Source: Caecitellus pseudoparvulus
Taxonomy: Eukaryota; Protista; Bigyra: Bicosoecida
Assembly: GCA_965644315.1 (NCBI GenBank)
Contig: CBFFRQ010000149.1
Span: 1 to 64,000 of the forward strand
Direction: 5' to 3'
Length of the DNA: 64,000 nt
The translations under genes and the position numbers were made by a program. Position 1 is the stretch's first letter; each line of letters starts with the position of its first letter. The notes beneath the pieces were generated by a model. The model worked only from the letters and a program-made list of their open reading frames with translations, made no database searches and had not been told where the DNA came from. Shown in pieces: positions 34,338 to 42,272 of this stretch.

Positions 34338-36407
34338 TTATTGACCTCTTCCTTTTAAAATTCGCCCCTTTCTTGCTTGTGTTCTGCGTCCTTGGGCTTG
34401 TCCTCCACCTCCTCCTTCTATTCTACCAGCATAACTTTTTACAATATTATCTATTTTTCCTTCTTTTGCTTCTTGTGAAACAGTATCATATTCCTTTCTT
34501 GTATCAGGTGAAATAAAGTATGCCTTACGTTTAATTATGTCTTTCATTGTATCTTCTGTTATGCCCATTGATTTTATTAAAGCTTTCATATCTCTACTTG
34601 GTGAGCCTGATAATAATAAATCTATTTCCTGTCCAATAAATTCATCTGGATTTGCTCCACCCATTTTACTTACTTCAAATGTATCAATTAATCTATTTAG
34701 TTGTCCATCTTCTGCATCTGTTAATTCTCTTACTTCATCTCCTGCATCTGCTGGGGTTGGTGCGTCTGCTGGGGCTGGTGCATCTGCTGGTTCTGGTCTT
34801 CTTCTTGTTGTATATATTCCGCTTTCGGGGTTAGCTAGTATTCCAATTACTCGTTTAGCATATGCATTCGCCTTCTCGCCTGCATCCCTTGGTACTTTTT
34901 CCGCATTAACTTTAATTAAATCAAAAATTTGTTTTCCATAATAACCCATTTGTGTCTTATGCCCACCTGTTGGAGTCGTTATTTTATTGTCAGCTAAGTA
35001 CCTGTTTAATATATCATACAAAACTGATAAGTACTTTGGGGTTTTCTTAGCATTAACACTAGCAGTATACATTTTTTGCCCTAGTTTCTCTGGAGTTTCT
35101 TCTGTTTGCTTTAAAATACTATCTAATGAAATTTTCCCAAGAGTTAGTAATTGTCCAAGGTACAAATAATAAACCTCATTTCTTTGTGCATCTGGTAATG
35201 TACCATACTTAATATCCGCTCTTGCTTTTTGTTTTTGTTCTTCTATTTTATTAAAATCTATTTTAGAAATTACAATTACTTTATCTTCTAAGTTTAGTTT
35301 TGTATATTCTGGTATACCTTCTAATATTCCTTCAAATACTTCGGCAGATTTTGATGTGCTACTTTGTGTAATAATATCTACATCATCGGCTGTTATTGCT
35401 TTGTCTGTTCCTGTTGTATTAAGTGTATTTCTTGATCTTTCAACTAATTTGTTTATTATATTTATCATATTTGTTTTTGCAACACCAGATACACCTTTTA
35501 TTGCTTCTATAAATTCTCGTGCTATCTTATCGGCTAAATCTTGGTATTCTTTATCTTTGTTTTCTCTTCTTACTTCATCTCCTCTTTGTTGAACTCTTTC
35601 TAATAATTTAAGTCGGTTTGCTCTTAGCTCTGCTTGGTTTGGAACTACTGCCCCCGCCCCTGTATCCGCCACTGGTTCAGGTCGTCTTGGTGCTGGTGCT
35701 TCTGTTGTTGGTTTATCTACTGTATGAATACCCCCACTAGTGTCTATCATTTGGGCAGTTCCCGCTCCTTCTTTGCTCTCACCTGCTCCCCCTTGTGCTG
35801 GTGCTTGTGGTTCTGCTGGTGGTTCTGCTGGTGGTTCTGTTGGTGGTTGTGCTGGTGGCTGGTCTGAAGCACCACTGAATTTTTGGTTTATTTCTTGTTG
35901 CATTTGATTTATTGGTTGTTGTTGTGCTATGAATGAAGGATTAAATTTGTTCTTTAAAAATGATTCAGTAGCTTTTGATCTTAAATTTAATACTTCAGCT
36001 TGTGAAAGGTTATGACGTTTTCCAAAAGCATCAATATAATTTAATATATTTTTTAATTCTTTTTGTTCTTCATCTAACTCTAAAGTTTCTGGTGTTAATC
36101 CTAAACTTCTAAATAATTTATTTTGTATTTCTTCTTCTTTTTTTTGCTCATTAAAAAAAGCTTCTTCAAATGATTCATCTGTTGTACCCCATCCTTCATT
36201 GTAGAACTGTTTGTTATGTAGTATTAAATCGGCATTTGTAATTGCTTCATCTAAATTTATATCTTCCTCTTCTTCTGCTTCTTGAGGTACTAATAAATCA
36301 GTTGTATAATTCAATAAGCCTAGATTTACAAATTGTGTATTTCTTTCCTCATTCAACTCTTCCTGCATGTTATAAATTTGCTCATCTGTCAAATTAAATG
36401 GATTCAT
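34338..36407 (-). CDS. Hypothetical 689-aa protein with Pro/Ala-rich repeats and a basic C-terminus (possible core protein)
   Basis: Long ORF with PAEPPAEP and PADAPAPADA repeats, upstream of the ATPase. Confidence 0.65.
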   Translation of the reverse strand: MNPFNLTDEQIYNMQEELNEERNTQFVNLGLLNYTTDLLVPQEAEEEEDINLDEAITNADLILHNKQFYNEGWGTTDESFEEAFFNEQKKEEEIQNKLFRSLGLTPETLELDEEQKELKNILNYIDAFGKRHNLSQAEVLNLRSKATESFLKNKFNPSFIAQQQPINQMQQEINQKFSGASDQPPAQPPTEPPAEPPAEPQAPAQGGAGESKEGAGTAQMIDTSGGIHTVDKPTTEAPAPRRPEPVADTGAGAVVPNQAELRANRLKLLERVQQRGDEVRRENKDKEYQDLADKIAREFIEAIKGVSGVAKTNMINIINKLVERSRNTLNTTGTDKAITADDVDIITQSSTSKSAEVFEGILEGIPEYTKLNLEDKVIVISKIDFNKIEEQKQKARADIKYGTLPDAQRNEVYYLYLGQLLTLGKISLDSILKQTEETPEKLGQKMYTASVNAKKTPKYLSVLYDILNRYLADNKITTPTGGHKTQMGYYGKQIFDLIKVNAEKVPRDAGEKANAYAKRVIGILANPESGIYTTRRRPEPADAPAPADAPTPADAGDEVRELTDAEDGQLNRLIDTFEVSKMGGANPDEFIGQEIDLLLSGSPSRDMKALIKSMGITEDTMKDIIKRKAYFISPDTRKEYDTVSQEAKEGKIDNIVKSYAGRIEGGGGGQAQGRRTQARKGRILKGRGQ

Positions 36408-36441
36408 ATAATATAGACTAATAAAATATTAATTTATACTT

Positions 36442-36936
36442 TCAATAATTTTCTTCCTCCATTTGTTTCAAAAGATCCTCTATTATGTAATCATCATTTA
36501 TACTCTTATTTTTTACTGGTTGTTCAACCTCCTTTATTATCTCTGGTTTAATAATTTTTACATATTTTTTTATTCGCTCTTCTTCCTGCAATCTTGCTTT
36601 TTGTTCTCTTCTCCTTCTATATGTTTCTTGTGCCTTCTTTCGTGCATTTATTAATTGCTGTTTTTTCTTCTCAGATAATTGCTTTCTTTGCTTTAATTCC
36701 CTTTTTGGTTTATAATAATATTTGGTTTCTATATTTGAAATAACTGGAACATTTTCCTTAGTTTGAATATCAACAAAATCATCTTTTACATTTTCAAACT
36801 TATTTTCAGTCTTAGTTTCAGTTTCTTTCAATCTTTTTAACTCTGAACACTGAAAGACTGAAAATTTCATTTTTATATAATTCAAAAATTCTAATACTCT
36901 TTCATAAATTAAAAATAAAAAATACTCAATTATCAT
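36442..36936 (-). CDS. Hypothetical basic/coiled-coil protein (start probably ~36870)
   Basis: ORF containing QLSEKKKQQLINARKKAQE. Confidence 0.55.
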   Translation of the reverse strand: MIIEYFLFLIYERVLEFLNYIKMKFSVFQCSELKRLKETETKTENKFENVKDDFVDIQTKENVPVISNIETKYYYKPKRELKQRKQLSEKKKQQLINARKKAQETYRRRREQKARLQEEERIKKYVKIIKPEIIKEVEQPVKNKSINDDYIIEDLLKQMEEENY

Positions 36937-36968
36937 TTTACAGAATATAAAATTAGTCTATAAAATAT

Positions 36969-37337
36969 TTAATTTGATGTAGCCATTAATAGTTCCTTAT
37001 GTACATTATCCATTTTCATTTTTGTTGCTTCCTTTTGTGTCTTGTCTTTTTCATTTTCAATTTCTTTTTCATATTCTATAAATTCTTCATATGATAGGTA
37101 ATCTTCTGAAAAATCTAAGTGTTGTACCAAATAATAATCACTACAACTTTTAATTAATTCAATACGCTTTTGATTTACTTCTTTTAAATGATCAATATAT
37201 TCTTCATACTCTTTTCTTGTTGGTTCTTTTCCATTAAATGGATCTTCATAATCATATTGTTTATTCATATTATATATTACTTTCATAAAAAAATCTTTCT
37301 TAAAAACCAATTGATGGTTTACTATAATATAATTCAA
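36969..37337 (-). CDS. Hypothetical protein
   Basis: Acidic helical ORF in a co-oriented gene run. Confidence 0.5.
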   Translation of the reverse strand: MNYIIVNHQLVFKKDFFMKVIYNMNKQYDYEDPFNGKEPTRKEYEEYIDHLKEVNQKRIELIKSCSDYYLVQHLDFSEDYLSYEEFIEYEKEIENEKDKTQKEATKMKMDNVHKELLMATSN

Positions 37338-38096
37338 TATTTGTTGGTGCTACACTTTTTAAAATAAAATCAATTGAATGGGCTTCTATTAAATTTTTTG
37401 GTGCTGGTTTTGGTTTTAAGACTGTTGTGTTTGGAATTAAAACTTTACTTGTTTCAGCTATTAAATCACCTTCCATAATGTACGATTTAATTATACTACT
37501 ATCAAAAATATCTTTATAGCTATTACGAATGCCTAAAACTTTATTTTTAAATTCCCTTATACTTTTACTTAGTTCTTGTGTTGGTGATGCACCAATATTA
37601 TATACAATTGCAGGAATACCATATTCATTTGAAGCATACACAGCTTCAAAACCTCCTAAAGAATGACCCGTAAAATATATGTTTTGAATACCTACTTCAT
37701 TTAAAGTATTTAGCATTTTATTTAGTCTCTTTGTATTAATTAATAAATTTAATGAAAAACTACCTCCTGCAATAATACTTAAATCATCAATAAAATCAAT
37801 TACGTCTGTTTGTGTCCCTCTAAATACAATAAATGCTTTTGGTGTTTCTGATATATCAACAAATACAGCCATTTTATTATTACTTAATGTTTCATTATAA
37901 ACTAAATTACTTGTAATAAATGGACGTGTTGAAGGGCTATCATATACTAATTTGCACGCTACAGCACATTGGTAAGCGTCCCATGGTATAGGTACTTGAT
38001 AAATATCTTTTTTTGTAATTGTTGATGTTTGTAATGTTTGTGTATTTGCTGGATTACCTAAAAAAAGTCATTAAAATAGTTTATAACTTTATCCAT
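37300..38096 (-). CDS. Class-3 lipase/alpha-beta hydrolase (apparent frameshift at A7, 38060-38066)
   Basis: IVFRGT, GHSLGG, GDLI and AHS motifs. The frame stays open upstream of the track start (37872) to ~38068; removing one base from the run joins it to ATG 38096. Confidence 0.8.
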
Positions 38097-38121
38097 ATAT
38101 TATTATACATAGATAAAAATT

Positions 38122-38364
38122 TTATTCAACAATTAATGTATCCTCTGTTTGAATTTTATAAATCTTCTCTTTTACTTTTAATTCTTGTTTATTTTCTGTT
38201 TTCATTCTATTACTTAGCAATTGTAATTTTTCTTTCATTTCAGCTTGAAGTTCTTTTAGTTCTTTCTTTAGGTTTTGTATGTTCTCCTTTTGCTCTTCAA
38301 TATCAAAAGCTAATAAAGATAAATCCATGGTTAAGTACTTTTTAGATAGGTTCTTTTTTTGCAT
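38122..38364 (-). CDS. Small coiled-coil hypothetical protein
   Basis: Heptad-like EEQKENIQNLKKELKELQAEM. Confidence 0.45.
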   Translation of the reverse strand: MQKKNLSKKYLTMDLSLLAFDIEEQKENIQNLKKELKELQAEMKEKLQLLSNRMKTENKQELKVKEKIYKIQTEDTLIVE

Positions 38365-38382
38365 GATTATTATAGTCTCATA

Positions 38383-38800
38383 ATTTATTTTTTAATATTG
38401 CGTTTAAATTGTTCTTGAAGGGGACACACACCGCAATTAAGAGAGATATTTACTTACTCATTCACTAAAAGTATAACACATGCGATTAAGAGAGACTTTT
38501 CCTATATCTTATATTTTCTTTCTCAAAGTCTATTTTAAGAAAATTATAATAATATTTAAAAATCCATAAAAAAAAGAGAAATTAAGGAAATAGGAAATAA
38601 TGTTTTAACTTATTACTTTTTTATATTTCCTATAATTTACTATTTCTTGTTTTTAAATATACCTTAAATAATATATATTTTATTGACTATTAAATTACTA
38701 TAAAATGAACCATTAAATATAGTGGCTTTAGCCACGCATTACGTATGTATCTACCGGGGGGTGGTGTTTTACACTAAACACCCACCCATCCCTTTTTTTT
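38383..38800 (-). repeat. Right TIR of inner element
   Basis: Reverse complement of 21104-21521. Confidence 0.95.
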
Positions 38801-39719
38801 CATCCCACCAAACCAAATAATAAATTTTACCTTTAATTTTTTTCTTATCAAGAATCTTTTTAATTTTAAATAATTCTTGGTCTTCCTCTGCGTGTTTTAA
38901 ATCATTTTCAACATAGCTAACATTATCCATATTGTTTAACATATATCTATATTTTGTGGGATATCTTAGAACCTGTGTTATTTTATGTGGAAATCGTGAC
39001 CACCTCCGATCGCCTTCTCTAAATCTATTTATATCTTGTTGTTCCTGTGCTAGTGCATTTTCTGGAACATCAAGCCGATATTTTATAATATCCCCAACTT
39101 TAAATTTAGGGTGTCCTAATGGTTTCATATTTACAAAATGTAGCCCTCTTTCTTTTTCTTCCCTAAATTTATTTACTTTCTCACGTATTAAATTTAATAC
39201 TTCTTTATTATTCCATTCATTAAATGGCTTGTCTGTTTTAAGTTCTACTGCGTTCATATATGAATTTAAAAGCCTTGATAAAGTTTTATTTAATCGTTCT
39301 ACAACGCTCATTTGTTTATGTCTTCCCTTCTTTGCGACCCTTAATAAATAACCGTTATCATAAAGAAAGCTCTTCAAAAGCCCTTTAAATTCTGCCCCAC
39401 TATCAACTTGAAAATTAGCCCCTTCTTTAGGTTGAATATATGGGCGTTTTGAAATTGTTTTGAGTGCGTTTAAAACTGTAAGAGGGGTTTTATTTTTCAG
39501 GGGTTCAAAATCGAAATTATTAGTTTCCAAATCGCAAATAACCAATAAATATTTATATCCATCTTTTGTATGAGGTAAAAATAATAAATCCATCATAAAA
39601 TTATAGCCTTTAAATGGGAATATACGATTTTTAACACTACTAAAATTTTTTTCTTTCTCTTTAAAAATCTTAAAATCGCTATCATCTGTGCCTCCTATAT
39701 CGTCAATTATTTTATTCAT
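38769..39719 (-). CDS. rve integrase of the outer element, truncated in its chromodomain by the nested element
   Basis: MMDLL, QVDSGAEF and VERLNKTL motifs; the chromodomain breaks at YYLVWWD and reads into the inner TIR (EKKGMGGCLV*). Reconstructed length is 338 aa vs 336 aa for the inner homolog. Confidence 0.92.
   Translation of the reverse strand: MNKIIDDIGGTDDSDFKIFKEKEKNFSSVKNRIFPFKGYNFMMDLLFLPHTKDGYKYLLVICDLETNNFDFEPLKNKTPLTVLNALKTISKRPYIQPKEGANFQVDSGAEFKGLLKSFLYDNGYLLRVAKKGRHKQMSVVERLNKTLSRLLNSYMNAVELKTDKPFNEWNNKEVLNLIREKVNKFREEKERGLHFVNMKPLGHPKFKVGDIIKYRLDVPENALAQEQQDINRFREGDRRWSRFPHKITQVLRYPTKYRYMLNNMDNVSYVENDLKHAEEDQELFKIKKILDKKKIKGKIYYLVWWDEKKGMGGCLV
38801..38805. repeat. Right TSD CATCC (inner element)
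   Basis: Identical to 21099-21103. Confidence 0.95.
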
Positions 39720-39765
39720 ATATAATATAATAGATATAAAGAAATATTAATTAAGTATATATATA

Positions 39766-40014
39766 ATGTGTGAAAAAGACACCAAAAAAGATAAGCCATA
39801 TAATGAAGTTGATACATATTGCCGAATATGTGGTTCTCATCATAAATACACTTCAAATTTAAACCATACACGAACCGTAAAACATCAAAAATATAGAACG
39901 ATAACACTAGGCGTAATTAATTTATATAAAGGGCGATTGAATGATTTAAAAAAACTTATAGAAAAATACGAGGAAATTGAAAAAGAAGCTAAAAAAAATA
40001 ATCTAAATATATAA
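39766..40014 (+). CDS. Small C2H2-type zinc-finger protein
   Basis: CRICG...NHTRTVKH. Confidence 0.65.
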   Translation: MCEKDTKKDKPYNEVDTYCRICGSHHKYTSNLNHTRTVKHQKYRTITLGVINLYKGRLNDLKKLIEKYEEIEKEAKKNNLNI

Positions 40015-40219
40015 TATGGTAAAGTTAAAATAAAATAAAAATCTTCTAGTTGTATTAATCCATTTGTTTAGTATTTTGCATTTTAAATATAGTATAGTAA
40101 ATTTTATCCTTTAATTATTTTGTTTTTACAAAATAATTATAGAATAAGTAAAAATACTGATTTAATTTAATATTGAATTTTGATTTAATAAAATTTATTA
40201 TACATTCTTAAAAATCGTT

Positions 40220-40783
40220 TTAGAATTTATTTTTCAGCTTAAAAGTCGCCCTGATTACTGAATATAACTCATCATAAGACGAAAAAATATTTAATAAATC
40301 GTGACCACAAGCGGAGATAAGCTCCAGCCGTTCTTTTTCACATTTTAAACGTTCGGCGTCATCTTCTACAGCCCTTAAATTTGCTTTAAAAAGCTTATTA
40401 CAAGGTGTGAGAACTACGATGCACTCATCCGCAACTCCTAAATATTGAGCTTCTTGAATGCTTGAACAAACTAATAATAAAGAGTGACCTTTTAAAGATG
40501 CTCTTAAATTTTCAACGTATTTTTTAGCCTCAACTAAATAATTTACTTCACTATTTACGCCATCTTCACGCTTGACACTTTCGCCAACATCTACGAGCTT
40601 AACCTTATCATTTCCTTTTAAAGCTTCACATAATCGGCTTTTACCTGTCTTTTTACTCATCACAATTGCTCCAAATTTAACCGCCTTAAATTTTTTTGCT
40701 TTGCTTCGTCTCCAGCATCTATAAGATGATTGAAGACCAAACGACACGAGCGAACCTAACATAAGCCCCTGTTCTAAATTCAT
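40220..40783 (-). CDS. N-terminally hydrophobic P-loop-like protein (outer)
   Basis: FGAIVMSKKTGKS; homolog of 27771-28334. Confidence 0.6.
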   Translation of the reverse strand: MNLEQGLMLGSLVSFGLQSSYRCWRRSKAKKFKAVKFGAIVMSKKTGKSRLCEALKGNDKVKLVDVGESVKREDGVNSEVNYLVEAKKYVENLRASLKGHSLLLVCSSIQEAQYLGVADECIVVLTPCNKLFKANLRAVEDDAERLKCEKERLELISACGHDLLNIFSSYDELYSVIRATFKLKNKF

Positions 40784-40845
40784 ATATTATAGTATTATAT
40801 TTTATTTTGGTAATATATGGAAATTAATATTAATCTCTATATATT

Positions 40846-41304
40846 CTATTTTAAGTTTTCCCTTTCCTTCTCTTCCTTCTTTCGTAATCTATATTTTCGT
40901 TTTTGTTCCTTTATTTTATTTCTATTCTTTTCTCTATAATTCCTCATTCGTTGTCTTATTATTTCTCGGTTCTTTTCTCTATACACTTTATTTTTTTGTA
41001 AAAGAATACTTTTATTATCTTCGTAATATTCTTTATTGTTTCTGGTGGGTATAATTTTATTTACACATTCTGTATTTTCAATATAATATCGTTCTCTTGC
41101 GTGCAATTCCTCTTTACTTTTACACGGAAAATTTTCAATTAAAATAATATCAAAATCGTCATATTCAATTAGTTGTCTAGATGAGCAAATTTTTTTTGAT
41201 TTGTGTTGTGATTTTCTTTTGGAAAGTCGCTGAGTAGTTGAGCCAATATAAGTTAAACCACCACCAACAAGCTTATAAATTTTACTATCTTTATAATTTA
41301 CCAT
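40846..41304 (-). CDS. GIY-YIG endonuclease (copy 2)
   Basis: N-terminal ~88 aa highly similar to 16879-17298. Confidence 0.8.
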   Translation of the reverse strand: MVNYKDSKIYKLVGGGLTYIGSTTQRLSKRKSQHKSKKICSSRQLIEYDDFDIILIENFPCKSKEELHARERYYIENTECVNKIIPTRNNKEYYEDNKSILLQKNKVYREKNREIIRQRMRNYREKNRNKIKEQKRKYRLRKKEEKERENLK

Positions 41305-41469
41305 TTTATTAATTATATATATTTTCTTCTTTTTAAGTCGTTTTTTTTTTCATTTTCATTCATTTTCATTATGTGACGTGGCACAACCCTGCGACCTCCA
41401 GCCCACTGGGTGGCACATCATATGAGTTTTTTCTACGGTCTATATATACAAGCCCCCCACACACACGAG

Positions 41470-41750
41470 AGCCACGGTGGGTGGCACGGCGAGTCTAAAA
41501 GTTAAGACTCTGAGGATTTAGGGTTTCCTCAAGTTGCTTGGGACAAAAAGAGCCACCGAGAAAAAAATTCGGTGAATCGTCTCGAGTATCCTCCAATGGG
41601 AGGAGCAACGCAGCACGAAGAACTGTTCTGCGATTTGTCACTACGTCCCCTAAGATTCGCCCTAAACAAAAAACTGGTGGGTTAGCCCACGGTTTCAGCC
41701 CAATAAAAACTTACCGAAAACGTAAGGGCTGTTTTTTGTTTGAGGTTTTT
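41470..41750. ncRNA. Candidate structured non-coding RNA
   Basis: At least nine adjacent or nested stems, a TATATATA at 41441 upstream and a T5 at 41746-41750; GC-richer than the surroundings; no family recognised. Confidence 0.45.
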
Positions 41751-41979
41751 CAAATTCCGCACGAGTCACAAAAAATAAAATGAAGCCCACATCAAGCCCT
41801 ACAATTTCCGCATATTTTCAAATTCCGCATTGACTCGGAACACATAAAAAAATCAAATTTGAACTTTTTTTACATACTTCAAAAAATATTTTAAGACAAT
41901 AAAAAAATTTTTTTTGTCTTAGAGAATTTTAAATTTTTTCCTCCAAAATTTTTTTTTCACAAGGCTTTTAGATTGAAAC

Positions 41980-42255
41980 CTAATTGAAGAACCTTTTATT
42001 ATATGCATCTAAAGCATCCTTTAAATTGTCTTTTTCACCCCATAACAAGAAAAAACTTAGGTATCCTGCTCGTTTAGGGTCTCGTGTTCCAAGGTCGCTA
42101 ACGTGTCGTTTATGATAGTTTAGCCTTTTCTTTTTGTCTTTGTGGTCTATATATGTGTTTCCTCCTGCTTGTCCGAAATGTGTTTTAGTTCCATCATCAA
42201 ATATAGCCGTAAATCTTTTATTCTTCCGTGTGCTGGGTATAATATCTATAATCAT
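41980..42255 (-). CDS. Small conserved viral protein (outer)
   Basis: Homolog of 28381-28665. Confidence 0.65.
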   Translation of the reverse strand: MIIDIIPSTRKNKRFTAIFDDGTKTHFGQAGGNTYIDHKDKKKRLNYHKRHVSDLGTRDPKRAGYLSFFLLWGEKDNLKDALDAYNKRFFN

Positions 42256-42272
42256 ATATTATATATTACATT

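Larger units (their letters stand above)
21104..38800. mobile_element. Nested endogenous Polinton-like virus, 17,697 bp
   Basis: 418-bp TIRs, 5-bp TSD, its own intact rve integrase, helicase, PolB-like gene, A32-type ATPase, putative MCP and penton, and lipase; no protease found. Confidence 0.88.

Noticed and set aside
32216-36407. Trans-processing of inner proteins by the outer protease (LLGG, LAGG, IEGG sites)
   Set aside because: Such short motifs occur by chance and there is no further support.
41510-41720. Hammerhead ribozyme (CTGAGGA ... CGAAA) or telomerase-RNA template (TTTAGGGTTT at 41517)
   Set aside because: The required stem topology around the hammerhead core is missing, and a 10-nt telomere-like word alone is insufficient.
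41538-41783. 81-aa plus-strand ORF
   Set aside because: Non-ATG start, opposite to neighbouring genes and no viral promoter context; better explained as part of the structured island.
40846-41840. Group I intron (GIY-YIG next to a structured region; weak P7-like GAGTCT/TAGACC on the minus strand)
   Set aside because: No interrupted exon pair is visible, the flanking genes are complete and the core motifs deviate. An Infernal scan would settle it.
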